From the NCBI GenBank assembly GCA_951406725.2, contig OX597822.1, positions 113,522,001 to 113,586,000 of the forward strand: a stretch of DNA of 64,000 nt, given 5' to 3'. The position numbers were made by a program, and so were the translations under genes. The notes beneath the pieces were generated by a model, which was not told the origin of the DNA, searched no databases, and saw nothing but the letters and a program-made list of their open reading frames with translations. The stretch is from Octopus vulgaris (lineage: Eukaryota). Shown here piece after piece: positions 37,474-50,890 of the stretch (position 1 is the stretch's first letter; every line of letters begins with the position of its first letter).

Positions 37474-37707
37474 TTATTTCTTTACTACCCACAAGGGGCT
37501 AAACACAGAGAGGACAAACAAGGACAGACAGACGGATTAAGTCGATTACAGCGACCCCAGTGCGTAACTGGTACTTAATTTATCGAATCCGAAAGGATGA
37601 AAGGCAAAGTCGACCTCAGCGGAATTTGAACTCAGAACGTAGCGGCAGACGAAATACCGCAAAGCATTTCGCTCGGTGTGCTAACGATTCTGCCAGCTCG
37701 TCGTCTT
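37474..37707 (-). mobile_element. SINE family A monomer nested in an older plus-strand family A copy (~37427-37825)
   Basis: 16-bp TSD CGGACAACATACATAC at 37458-37473 and 37708-37723. Confidence 0.85.
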
Positions 37708-38089
37708 CGGACAACATACATACCATGCAGCAGTTCTTCCGGTTCAATATATTCTTGTTTCAAATATCGGTGAGAGTAACTTTGCCTTTCATCCTTTTGG
37801 GTCGATGAAATAAAGTACCAGTCATGAATTGAGGTCTGTAGCATCAACTAATCTCATCCGCATAAAACTGCTGGGTCCACATAAAACAGTTATCAAGTTC
37901 CAATTTTGCCCTTCCGCTAAAAGCTTGATTTAGTGACAGATAACATTCAGATATGTTCTAACTCGAAAGTTATATCTGACCGGTGGATGTATGTCCGAAT
38001 GCTTGCATTGGATTTGCAAGGAGCTGCTTCGAGTTTAATATTTAACTGTTTGAATTTTAGATTTTCACTACTCGTACGCATGTGTAGGT

Positions 38090-38550
38090 AGGTATGTGAA
38101 TGATCGGAGGATTTCTAAGCAGATGTTATATAGCGAACTTGTTTGAAAAAGGCGACCCCCATCTCCAACCCCCAACGGAAACCAAGACTACGATTTATGG
38201 ATTGTGTAAAGTCCTCATTGGAAGCATGTGAAATAAGCGAAATCAACTGGAAAAGGAATGCATATCGTCGCTATCGATGGAGGAAACAGATATCGAAACG
38301 AGCAAATATTTTCGTGGGGGAGAGGGAAGGCTTTTTTTATCCTGAGTTTAAGAGAGCTGTTCGAAAACGCTCAACCGGTGCAGTGAATGGGAGACGCTCG
38401 GTCTGCAATATCTGCGGACATGTATATTTATCAAGAGCTTGGCTCATTAGTTACCAGCGGAGCCATAAGAGTAAAGTATAAATTTTCTGTGTATGCACAA
38501 TGTTCTTAATAGTCAGTGATGGCCTTCTTCTGTCGCAAGTGGACAGCTAT
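38090..38550 (+). mobile_element. RTE-clade LINE 3' fragment
   Basis: DRRISKQMLYSEL...RKPRLRFMDCVKSSLEACEI..W...RYRWRKQI...CNICGHVYLSRAWLISYQRSH. Confidence 0.75.
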
Positions 38551-38815
38551 CATTATGTCTATTGTAACTAGACGCATATATGCCATGCAAGGCACTCCGT
38601 AATTCACTAAATCGAGGCGTTTATTGACTAAGTGTACTCTGTAATTAGAAATTAGTTGATGCTATATCCAATGTCTATGCGAAATACACGTACGCGAAGA
38701 ACGAATCACAAGTGCTAAATTTTCTCTATAAGTATATTTTTATGATTAACTTCAAATACATGTAGATCTTACCAACTGTACCCGGCTTTTTCAGCCAGCT
38801 TATAGAAGTGGTTCG

Positions 38816-39121
38816 AGAAAATAACATTCTTCCACTGCTCTAGGGACCAATTCTGCAGGTTTTTACTCCACTCTAAACGCTTTGCAACGTTTGTTTTTGA
38901 AAGTAGTGATTTTCTGATTGCAACCCTCCTAATAAATCCGACTTTGTGCAGCTCCCGGTGAACAGTTTTTGTGGAAACTGGGTTCTCGAGGTGGTCATTA
39001 AGCTCTGCAGTAATTTTGGGAGCTGTACTTTTGTGATCCTTTCTAACAATTCGCGTAAGAGTCCGACGCTCCCTATCTGAAAGTTTTGGTTTTCTTCCGG
39101 AGTTTTGTTTCGACGAGGAGA
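38816..39121 (-). mobile_element. Partial Tc1 transposase fragment, inverted relative to the full copy
   Basis: Reverse complement closely matches ~40250-40557. Confidence 0.9.
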
Positions 39122-39479
39122 AGGTTTATGTTTCAAGAAGGTTTGTGTTTCGACGAGGAGAGCACCATTTCACAAATAGCTGTGTCTCTAAGAAGCTGAA
39201 TATAAAGCGAGTAGAACACCCAAAGGGAACGAATCGTACGAGTTTATGTGCAACCGGAAATAACTTTGTGTCTGAAGTAGTAAAAATACTCCGAGTCGTT
39301 AGGAAGGTATTAAATTAATTAGTTGAAATGCCTTGGAGCAATTTAGAAACTATACTAAATTGGACATGACAAGACGCATTTTAATTCAACTAACCAAGAT
39401 ATTTATTCATGGAGAACACTTTACGTGAAATTTGAAACTGGCTGTGGCTATTACAAATAACTATGGATAGAAATCTCAT

Positions 39480-39752
39480 ACATAAATACATACATGCATG
39501 CATTCAGGCATACATACATATATACATACATACATGCATGCATGCATACATACATACATACATACATACATACATACATACATGCATGCATGCATACATG
39601 CATGCATACATACATACATACATACATACGTACGTACGTACATACATACATACATACATACATACATACATACATACATACATACATACATACGTACATA
39701 CGTACATACATACGTACATACATACATACATACATACATACGTACATACATG
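39480..39752. repeat. (TACA)n compound microsatellite
   Basis: Directly visible. Confidence 0.95.
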
Positions 39753-39939
39753 TAAAGAAAATGTACTTATATTTACATAACGATAACTTTCCAGATCATT
39801 TGGTTATATCTGCAAATACTCGCTTCTACACACGGTCAAAAGTGGGATGGATTCCCTTGAAGCCTTCATACAACAGCAGTTGGATACAAGGGATTTAATA
39901 TAAAGTAACTGTACAGCACGAAGCCAGAGCGATTATATA

Positions 39940-41187
39940 TAGGGTTTGGACAAAAAAATACAAACACCTAGCATCATAATATCAAAATTTTGAAATATCT
40001 ATAAAACTGTCGATGGCTTGTATATTTTTATGTTTTTTTTTAAATTTATTATTAGTGTTGCTTAATATGTTTTGCTAAAATTCCTGTTTCTTTTCAGATA
40101 TCATCAGAAAAAGTTAATTAAAATTCATTAAAATGACAGATCTTTCGGATTGTATGACAGGCGCTAGCGTAACGAAAACAGCCGAAATGTTTGGTGTATC
40201 AAGAACTACTGTCTCGAAAGTAATGACAGCCTTTGAGAAAGAGGGAAAAACCTCCTCGTCGGAAGAAAACTCCGGAAGAAAACCAAAACTTTCAAATATG
40301 GAGCGTCGGACTCTTACGCGAATTGTTAGAAAGGATCACAAAAGTACAGCTCCCAAACTTACTGCAGAGCTTAATGACCACCTCGAGAACCAAGTTTCCA
40401 CAAAAACTGTTCACCGGGAGCTGCACAAAGTCGGATTTTATGGGAGGGTTGCAATCAGAAAATCACTACTTTCAAAAACAAACGTTGCAAAGCGTTTAGA
40501 GTGGAGTAAAAACCTGCAGAATTGGCCTTTAGAGCAGTGGAAGAATGTTATTTTCTCGGACGAGTCATCCAGTACCTTATTTCCCACCGGCCGAGTATAC
40601 GAGTGGAGACAGCCAAAAACGCATTTGACCCAGACTGCCTTCTTCCAACTGTTAAACATGGAGAAGGATCTGTGATGGTTGGGGTGAGGCTATATCTTGG
40701 AAATCCACCGGTCTAATAATTTCCCTTCATGGCAGAATTAATAGTCAAGATTATTTAAGAATTTTATCTGATCAAATTCATCCTATGGTTGCGGAACTGT
40801 TTCCGGAGGGAAACGCAATCTTTCAGGATGATAATGCACCAAGTCAATCAGCTAAATTTGTTACTGAATGGCACGCGGAACATTCTAGTGAAGTTGAACA
40901 TCTTATCTGACCACCACAGTCCCCAGATTTCAATATTATTGAACATTTATGGTGCATTTTAGAAAAACAAGTAAGGAGTCGATATCCTCCATCATCATCA
41001 CTACAAGAACTGGAGACTGTTTTAGCTGAAGAACGGTAAAAAATTCCTTTGGAAACAATTCAAACTTTGCACGAGTCCATACCTCGTAGAATTCAAGCTG
41101 TAATTACTGCCAAGGGCGGTCCTACCCCATATTAAAATTAATTTGTTTGAAATTTTAAGTTGTTTTCATTATTTTGTCCAACCCCTG
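39940..41187 (+). mobile_element. Full-length Tc1-family DNA transposon with disrupted transposase (40133-~41134)
   Basis: TIRs (T/C)AGGG(T/G)TTGGACAAAA with TA flanks. HTH region, GRKPKLS, WKNVIFSDES, FQDDNAP and SPDFNIIE give the DD34E-type triad. Frameshifts and in-frame stops are present. Confidence 0.93.
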
Positions 41188-42928
41188 TATATCTGGGAAA
41201 AATTCCGTCTTCTTGAGGGGACAAAATAACTTCAGAATGCCCGACACGAAACGATATTATGTTTAAAAACTTGAAATACTATACACACAGCAAAAGGTAT
41301 AAAAAGACATTCAGTGAAAGTGTTTTACAAGTAATTATAAATTATTTGCAGTGGCTATGGCCAGCGTCTATGAGAATTGAATCAACTGAGATAATAAATC
41401 GCATATGTACTCATTTAAAGAAAATCTGTGATATTCTTCCAGGACTTCTACATATTACTGTGACTTCTCGCTTTTCAACAGATGCAGAAAGAATTGGATT
41501 CCCGACAAGCTTTTGTATATCGCTTAGTTTTGCATAAATAAATAAATAAATAAATAAAATATAAAATGAATAAAAGTATTAATCTCCCGTGAGATTTATT
41601 AAGTGACTGGAACAGAAAGCGGACCGAATCGAGCGAGTGAAAACTTTCTATAAATAGAAAGATCTCTAATGACTTTTTCTAAATAGTAATAAACTGCAAG
41701 GGGTAAATATAAGGTAATCGGAGCGTACAAGAAGGACGAAGGGAGTGAAAAACATTCAGAGCTTTCTACTGGGAAATCTACCAAAATAGAGAACTTAAAT
41801 TATCTAGAATTAAGACACAGATCAACAAAACATGGCATCTCTTGATTCGTTTAATCAAAACAGTTATTCCTTGAGAAAGTTCATCAATTATTTAGAAATT
41901 ACTTGTGGCCATAGCGAATGGTTATATGAAATAAACAAGTGGAATGCAAAAATCTTGAATGTATCCGTTTGATGAAAGTGCGTATGATGAAATGTTTCTG
42001 TGACCACTCGCTTCTTCAACCTGTGTAGAATGTGACAGGATCCACGAAGCTCTTGTATTAATTGCAATCAAGAAAAAAAAAACAGGTTGAATCTAAAAGG
42101 GATCGGAACGGACACAGAGTTGCTGAAAATACACCATGGTTGCTTTAAAAAGAATGGTATTACCTTTAATGTATAAGAGTAACTTCAATGGTAACTAACC
42201 ACATACGAATCTCTCAGGGCGCTTCTTTATTTCTCTAACCGAGTCGTTTATTTACCGAGAGTGCCCAGCACGTATTTAGGAGTTAATTGTGGCTATCACC
42301 AATATCTGTTTAAAAGAAATAAGTGGGGGGGGGGGGGTAAATTAATGTCTTATATTCCCATATAAAGAAAATAACTGCTTGTTTTCTCAAATGTAGCTAT
42401 AGAGGACTTGATTTTGTGGCAACTAGTCGCTTTCTATGTTAACTAGTCACACTTCAACATCACAAGACACATATTAGTTTAATCAAGTTGTTAAATTATG
42501 GACTGTGCTCAACGACAACATACAAATAAGTTGTCACTATGGTCAATATTTTTGTAAAATGAATGTTCAGAAATATTAAATCTCAAATATACCCCAAAAC
42601 CATACGGATAATTTTGTGCTCAACCCCCTGAGTTTACTCGTCACAGAAGGAGAGATCTCTATCTCTCGGACGAGTATAACATTCTGTTACAGCTTCTCGC
42701 AATCTCAAATAAAAGATCAGAATTAGTGGATTGTTGCAGACACTTGAGTCACTAATTATTGATGAATTTCTAAAGTGTGTAACTGACTAAAGCAGCTTGT
42801 TTCCTACACAATGGATCTGCCGCACCCTCAAAAATACGTCATATAAAAATTTCATCAATTAATTAACCTTAGCCGCTCCTTTGCTCACGTGTGATTTATA
42901 CATATCTTTCTTTTCTTTCTTTCTTTCT

Positions 42929-43331
42929 TTTACTTGTTTCAGTCATGTGACTGTGGCCATGCTGGAGCACCGCCTTTAGTCGAGGAAATCGACCCCGGGA
43001 CTTATTCTTTGTAAGACTTATTCTATCGGTCTGTTTTGACGAACCGCTAAGTTACGGGGACGTAAACACACCAGCATCGGTTGTCAAGAGATGTTGGGGG
43101 AACAAACACAGACACACAAACATATACACACACATATACATATATATATATATATATACATATATACGACAGGCTTCTTTCAGTTTCCGTCTACCAAATC
43201 CACTCACAAGGCTTTGGTCGGCCCGAGGCAGTAGTAGAAGAAACTTGCCCAAGGTGCCACGCAGTTGGACTGAACCCGGAACGATGTGGTTGGTAAGCAA
43301 GCTACTTACCACATAGCCACTCCTACGCCTA
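42929..43331 (-). mobile_element. SINE family B full-length copy
   Basis: High similarity to the other family B copies. Confidence 0.85.
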
Positions 43332-43763
43332 TATAAGGCAGGAGACATGAAAACATCACGTGTTTCTGCGCGTGAATAGATGAAAATACTACGAAAGTAT
43401 TACATGTATGCATAATAACTGTATAGATGAATGTGAAATATATTTAAAACTTAGTAACCAAGCAAATCGCTGTCGACTTGCTTGCGATTACAAATATTTT
43501 TGCTTTTATATTGCGTCAATGTTTCTCCACTTCGTTCGTTTGAATGATCGTTAACGTGAAACTCGTACAAAAGTTGTAAATGGTGATAAAATGTGTACCA
43601 GTCTATTGACTAATACCTTGAAAGCATCACCCTGTGTAGCTGTAATCCAATGACAGAAAGCAGTAAGATAATAATTTTTAAAAAGTCATGTTCAAAGAAG
43701 TACACAAATGCATACAAATACACATCCACGCTTCCATCTTCCTTGGTAATTTGATGAATATAT

Positions 43764-43828
43764 GCATGTATGTATGTATGTATGTATGTATGTATGTATG
43801 TATGTATGTATGTATGTATGTATGTATG

Positions 43829-43870
<42 letters not shown>

Positions 43871-44176
43871 AATGTATGTATGTATGTATGTATGTATGTA
43901 TGTATGTATGTATGTATGTATGTATGTATGTATGCATGTATGTATGTATGAATGAATGTATGTATGTATGTATGTACGTATGTATGTATGTATGTATGTA
44001 TATATATATATGTATGTATGTATATATGTATGTATGTATGTATGTATATATGTGTGTATGTACGTATGTATGTATGTATGTATGTATGTACGTATGTACG
44101 TATGTATGTACGTATGTACGTATGTATGTATGTATGTATATATGTATGTATGTATGTATGTATATATATATGTATG

Positions 44177-44210
<34 letters not shown>

Positions 44211-44376
44211 TGTATGTATGTATGTATATATATATGTATGTATGTATGTATATATGTATGTACGTATGTATGTATGTATGTATGTATGTACGTATGTACG
44301 TATGTATGTACGTATGTACGTATGTATGTACGTATGTACGTATGTATGTATGTATGTATATATGTATGTATGTATG

Positions 44377-44410
<34 letters not shown>

Positions 44411-44420
44411 TGCATGCATG
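43764..44420. repeat. ~650-bp (TATG)n/(TA)n compound microsatellite
   Basis: Directly visible; source of the long spurious YIHT/MYVC ORFs. Confidence 0.95.
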
Positions 44421-44729
44421 CATTCATTCTCAACGATTTCAGTGCGCAAGGTATTAGGTTGGAAAGAAAGTCATAACATGATCGCTTTGAGAATATTTTT
44501 TTTCAATGCTTACGGTAAAATAAGCGTGAACTTTTACATTAATACTTCCTTTTTACCGTCTTGGCAGATTATTTTATACCATATTATACCGTATCGATTT
44601 TACTCTTTTAAAACGTGTTCAGACCAGACCCATATCAGAAACTACATACTTTTGAATTCAAAAGAAACCCATCAGCAGTAGAAACAGCAAAAAATATTAG
44701 TTTCGTCTATGCGAATGAAGCTTTAAATA

Positions 44730-45782
44730 TCTGGACATACCAAAGATTGTTTTAGGTGTTGCGACCTGGAAATTTTTCTCTCCTCGATTCCCTTTCGACC
44801 GGGAAGACCAAGTCCTGTCAATGTTAAGGTTCTGAGGGAAATACAAAGCAAACTGCACGAGAATTATCAAATTAATTCAGTTCAAGTCACACTTGAGTCA
44901 TGAAACACCTCCATGAACTAGGAAAAGTGAATAAACTTGGTTTGCATGTTCCTTCATCATCTGTCTCTTTCTCAGCTTAAACAAAGGGTTGCACTCCGCC
45001 CGTTATTGAACAGTAAACTGGTTACCTGTCCTTCCTTGCTAGAATCGTCACAAATGATGAAAAGTGAATTCTTCATAATCATATCCAACGCAAGCGACAA
45101 TGGCTAGCGTCCATTCTTTTCTACTCTAGGCACAAAGCCCGAAATTTTACGGAGGGAGCCAGTCGACTAGATCGACCCCAGAACGCAACTAGTACTCGAT
45201 TTATCCACCCCGAAAGGATGAAAGGCAAAGCCGACCTCGGCGGAATTTGAACTCAGAACGTAAAGACAGACGAAATACCTATTTCTTTACTACCCATAAG
45301 GGTCTAAACACAGTGGAGACAAACAAAGACAGACGAACGGATTAAGTTGATTACATCGACCACAGTGCGTAATTGGTACTTATTTAATCGACCCCGAAAG
45401 GATGAAAGGCAAAGTCGACCTCGGTGGAATTTGAACTCAGAACGTAAAGACAGACGAAATACCGCTAAGCATTTCGTCCGGCGCGCTAACAATTTTGCCA
45501 GCTCACCGCCTTATGGTTAGCATCCATTGAAAAAGGAATATCCACCCCCAAACAAGGACTACATCCGAATAAAGTTATGCTCTGTGTTTGGTAGGATACG
45601 AAAAGTATCGTCTGTCGTGAAATGCTAAACCAAAACAAAACAGTTAATACGGAGCCGGAATCGACAATTTCCTAAAAAGATGCAATTATGAAGGAAAATA
45701 TTGAATTGATTAAATATATCAATCAAGACCAAAGAAGCATTTGTTTCTTTCAATGCGAAAGAACTTTCTTTCCGACCAAATA
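44730..45782 (+). mobile_element. Decayed mariner transposase remnant interrupted by a SINE
   Basis: GKVNKLG, RIVTNDEK, RKRQWL before the SINE and PKQGLHPNKVMLCVW*D...MLNQNKTVN after it. TIR-like end GAACTTTCTTTCCGACCAAATA. Confidence 0.7.
45116..45512 (-). mobile_element. SINE family A dimer with alternative tail
   Basis: TSD ATGG(C/T)TAGC(G/A)TCCATT at 45100-45115 and 45513-45528. Internal junction GAAATACCTATTTC at 45272. Confidence 0.88.
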
Positions 45783-45843
45783 CTTTTAATTTATTGAAAT
45801 CCAAACGAAATTGTATTTTTATATCTATTTCAACGAGTGTGTA

Positions 45844-45912
<69 letters not shown>

Positions 45913-47151
45913 CTGCTCCTATGGTCCATATTTGAAAGCTGTGTAAATTTAAAGCAAGCATAAGAGGTGCTGGCAAAATATCCGGTGAATTAATGAATTC
46001 CGTTTTGCATTAATTTCCAGTTAAAACATACCAGAGCAACAATGACTTTCTACCTGTCTTTCAACATCTCCATTATTTACAGACTCTAGCAAACGCAGTC
46101 ATCACTAATGGGGATGGAAGTGGTGCTGGCAGACATCAGCAAGTCATTACCGGGATGGCAATGACACGATTTCTTGAAGGTTTGTCTGCCAAAAGTGATT
46201 GACAATATCTATAATTATAATAACTAAAATATCTCAAACGATAGCAGTTTGTACAGAACCGAGGAGTTGCTTGTAAATACACACAGACAAGCTTATTCAC
46301 AGAAACACCATTATACAAAAGGAGCAAATAAATGCATACTTACTTAAAATACTTGTTCTCGTAGGTCTCTAATGACGTTTGTAGAATAGATGGAATGTAA
46401 AATTTTCTGACAATGGCTGCTGTTAATCTTAGAAACTCGTTGAAACAAAAAAATTCCCTTAGGTTAGAAATTTGCTTTTTAACTTCACTTGAACTCTCAG
46501 CATAATAGATATAACTGTTAGAAAATGTAAAAGTTTATCTAAAAATTCTATTTGGTCGTTACATTGTGTGACATTTTTTCAAAAGAGAGAAACAGTCATA
46601 GAATCACTATGTACAGAAATTTTGGCTGAAGGGAACGTGATGAAACTCTGTTATTTCTTCTCGTAAGATGGGTGAAAGATTATGCCATAACAGACAAATG
46701 GTTTCTCTAAGCTACAAATTGGAATTTTCATATGTTACTTTTAAAGGTTTGCTAAGAACACGAGTAAGTTTGAGAAATGAAAAACCAATAGCAATATTTT
46801 GCAAAAGACAAAATAAAAATAAACTTTTGACCGAGTTATTTTCTTCGAATTAATCATCCGTTATGGCCGCGGCCTTCGGGCTAAAACATTTTTAAGGATT
46901 TAAGGATTCAACATGGAACAATAGTTACTGCAGAGTTTCCCTATAGAAAAAAAAGACGTAGCAGAATGCATCTAGTGTTCTCACTCGCCAAAGCTAGCAC
47001 GAATTCGTCTTCCTCCGATGTATACATATTACATTTTTTAACACAACCCGTCCATAGAAAATATTAGCTCCGGATAAATATCGCAGTAAGCTATCGCGAT
47101 GTATTTACATTGACTATTTTAATCTAACACACTTTCTGTTGCATATAACGG

Positions 47152-47224
<73 letters not shown>

Positions 47225-47363
47225 CACAACGACCTCGAACACACAAGTGCAAACAAGGGAGTCAGAGAAAGGCAGAATGCTACTTATATCTGAACACTAC
47301 TATAGAAATATTCTTTTAAAAAAACTTTTCTTCTAATTTTTCTAAATTTAATTATTTAATCGT

Positions 47364-47405
47364 TACAATTGAAAAGGTCTCAAAATGACCGAAACCGGTA
47401 CTGAA
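47364..47405 (+). ncRNA. Degenerate minimal hammerhead motif
   Basis: TTGAAAA (eroded CUGANGA)-GGTC tcaaaat GACC-GAAA-CCGG-TA, with palindromic ACCGGT stem III. Confidence 0.4.
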
Positions 47406-47452
47406 AGATTCACTATAAAATTATCTTAGCATTTTCTATTTTTGACTTGTTT

Positions 47453-47509
<57 letters not shown>

Positions 47510-47556
47510 GGAGTAAAAGCATATATATATATATATATATATATAATGGAGTAAAA

Positions 47557-47602
<46 letters not shown>

Positions 47603-47603
47603 G

Positions 47604-47686
47604 CTCCACAAACAAACAGAATTTGTAAGCTGTATATGGCAGCTGTATATGTATATACAGCTTACAAATTCTGTTTGTTTGTGGAG
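47604..47686. repeat. Perfect 34-bp inverted repeat with 15-nt spacer
   Basis: CTCCACAAACAAACAGAATTTGTAAGCTGTATAT (47604-47637) and its exact reverse complement (47653-47686). Confidence 0.95.
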
Positions 47687-47885
47687 ACTTTTTACTAGTA
47701 GAGGAAATGGTGACCAATTTTGGCTGCTATTTCTAATATTTTCGGTATGCGGTTTTGAGCAACTTGTTGCATTTAACCCTTATTTATAATTATTATAACC
47801 CTTACCAAATATGGTCTTTTCCATACCGATAAATCTACTAGGTGAAATTGATTAATTTTATTAAATTAATTATATTCCACCCTTT

Positions 47886-47941
<56 letters not shown>

Positions 47942-47960
47942 TATATAAATATATATATAT

Positions 47961-47999
<39 letters not shown>

Positions 48000-48000
<1 letters not shown>

Positions 48001-48300
48001 TCAACCTATATTCAAACATCCCCACACTCTAGGAATAGAAGCCATCACGTTCTGGTTAGACAGTTACACCCATGAACTCCCCTCTCGTATTAAAAAAGAA
48101 CTCATAATAGAAGGACTAAGATTTGTCCTAGAAAACAATTATTTTATATTTAACAATGACTACTTTCGACAAAAATCTAGGACAGCAATAGGAACACGGA
48201 CTGCACCTTCTTTTGCGAACCTGGTCATGGGCTATCTCGAGATTAAACTATACCAGAGAACACACGAGAAATACGGAAACTCCTTTTCCAGCAACATTAT
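48000..48300 (+). mobile_element. Penelope-like element reverse transcriptase fragment
   Basis: VNLYSNIPH/LGIEAITFWL...FVLENNYFIFNNDYFRQKSRTAIGTRTAPSFANLVMGYLE matches the PLE RT motifs LYTNIPH and GTAMG..AP..ANL.MG.LE. One frameshift. Confidence 0.8.
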
Positions 48301-49039
48301 ATATTTGCACTATATATAGACATTTTCACCCATTCGAGATCGATGAAATAGAGTACCAGTCAAGTTTTGAGATTGATGGAAGCGACAAATCCCCTCCCTC
48401 AAAATTCCTAATCTTGTACTTAAATCAGTAATTATTATTGTATTTCATTCCTGCGTCTGATGCCCGTATAACGAATTCGTATTTACAATTAACAAAAAAA
48501 AAAAAGACAAAATATAACCGGTTTAAAAGTTAGATAAACCGACAAAATATTTCTGCATAATGTTTAGTACCGTCATGTATTATTAAACTGTCTCAACGTT
48601 TTAAGCTAAACTGTCGGAGCTAATTTTCAACCCGTACATCAGAAAAAGTAAGTTGGTAAATTTTTTTTCGTAGCTTATTTCAAATTCTAATCTAAGAAAT
48701 TTATCAGTCGTTGCTCTTCTTCATATAATTGAGAATATTTTAGTAATTCATGAATGCAAAATAATGACGTATTGAGCGTGGGTGTAAGTTTATTTCCGTT
48801 TTAGAAGCTAGAACTGTTTGTAACGAGATTTGCTTCAGACATAAATGTATTTTAAGATCTATGTGATAGTGATTGTAACAATAACGACTTAAACCAGGTC
48901 GACTGGAAAATCAACGTGGTTAACTTGTACAATTTACACTCTTCTTGATCTACCGCTTGTTACGAACACAAGCAGCGACTACCAAGATTACAGAACTAAT
49001 AGTTAGATTATTTCTCTCTTCACAGGGATCTACTCTAAT

Positions 49040-49490
49040 TTTGGGAAACACGCTCCAGTTTGCCTCATCTCAAGGAAAGTATCTTCTTTGACCCCGCCAA
49101 CTATCACTACCACTCACTCACTTCTACTATCTCGAAGGTAATGGTAACAGCAATTAACAACAATGACACACTCACAAAAAAAAAACTCCTTGAATCTCTA
49201 TCCCTCTTTATCGACCACCAATAAGCTAGATCCACTGGCGACCTTCTCCGCTCCGTCAACCACCATCGGCAAATTTTGTGTCAATAAAGTTGTTGCTCTC
49301 AACATCAGCAAAGCTTTGAACTGTGAATCTCCTATCAAAACTTTTCGTTTATGGGATCCAGCCATCTCTCATTTCTTTCATAGATGCAACTTCCTGATAG
49401 ACCATCCTAGTGTTGCTTTGAGTGTTGAAGGATCTCTTTCTGCCCTTCTTTCTATCAACCCGGTGTGCCTCACTACGGGTTAAATATTGT
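49040..49490 (+). mobile_element. Decayed L2/CR1/Jockey-group LINE RT fragment
   Basis: PANYH..SLTSTISKVM, RSTGDLL and VVALNISKA motifs. Confidence 0.55.
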
Positions 49491-49960
49491 AGATACATTC
49501 TTTGCTATTGGTGTGCCGAGAAAAGACGCACTCAGTTCCCTTTCCCAATCAATAGAATATATCATCTGCTCATGAAGCAGCTATGGATTCAACTAGCACC
49601 GCAGAGGACAATATGATTTATAAGAGTTCAATTGGAATATTGCTCTGGTTGAATGATTGATTTCATTATCAGTAACTTATCAGATTGTCTATCCACGCAT
49701 AATATAATAAATTGACACCCTTATCAACAATAACATATTTATGATGCACTACACAAAATCCTATGACAGCGCCACAACGATCGTGACTTAGATGAGCATT
49801 ACCTTTCGCATGTGTTTGAGACTGGGGATAATTGAAAGATCCGAGTTCGACTCCTGATTAGAAAGTCATAGTGACATATTTTTCCTGCATATTTAAGAAA
49901 CCTCTGACTATTTTCTGATACTGGTTTTATTTGAAACGCTATTGAATTCCATCCACCTCT

Positions 49961-50178
49961 CTCTTTTACTCTTTACTCTTTTACTTGTTTCAGTTATTTG
50001 ACTGCGGCCATGCTAGAGCACCGCCTTTAGTCGAGCAAATCGACCCCCAGGACTTACTCTTTGCAAGCCTAGTACTTATTCTATCGGTCTCTTTTGCCGA
50101 ACCGCTAAGTTACGGGGATGTAAACGCACCAGTATCGGTTGTCAAGCAATGTTGGGAGGGGGGAAAAACACAGACATA

Positions 50179-50238
<60 letters not shown>

Positions 50239-50404
50239 CATATATACGATGGGCCTCTTTCAGTTTTCGTCTGCCAAATCCACTCACAAGGCTTTGGTCA
50301 ACCCGAGGCTTTGGTAGAAGACACCAGGTGCCACGCAGTGGGACTGAACCCGGAACGATGTGGTTGGTAAGCAAGCTACTTACCACACAGCCACTCCTAC
50401 ACCT
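49961..50404 (-). mobile_element. SINE family B full-length copy
   Basis: High similarity to the other family B copies. Confidence 0.85.
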
Positions 50405-50808
50405 ATTATATCTCTGTATAGAAGAAGTATGTGAACAGAAAACAACGTCGAAAAAATTGAATACTTCACGCTACTGAGCTTCAGCTGTGAAAATTGATTG
50501 TAAATCAACAATCAATATGGAGGTGTATTGGATTGATTGATCTCTCTTAGAATATAATATTAAAGTTTGTCTTTAACAAATGAAGAAGTCTGGAGAAACT
50601 GGTAGGAATAAAATTAGAGAAACTGAGATAAATTAATAACATATACCCTCACATTATCGTATAATTATTAATTATAATGAGCTGGTTTGCTTATACATGA
50701 GAACGTAGGAAATTTCAATAGTTTTAGTGTGAATGAGTATTTGTGTGTACGTGAGTGTGAGCGTACCCCTCTGTGTGTGAGCGTATCTGTGTTTGTGTGT
50801 GTGTGTGT

Positions 50809-50847
<39 letters not shown>

Positions 50848-50859
50848 CGTATCTCTGTG

Positions 50860-50890
<31 letters not shown>

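Noticed and set aside
43610-44681. Longest ORFs in the track (230-280 aa) and many similar YIYI/MYVC/THTH ORFs
   Set aside because: They are translations of stop-free microsatellites, not genes.
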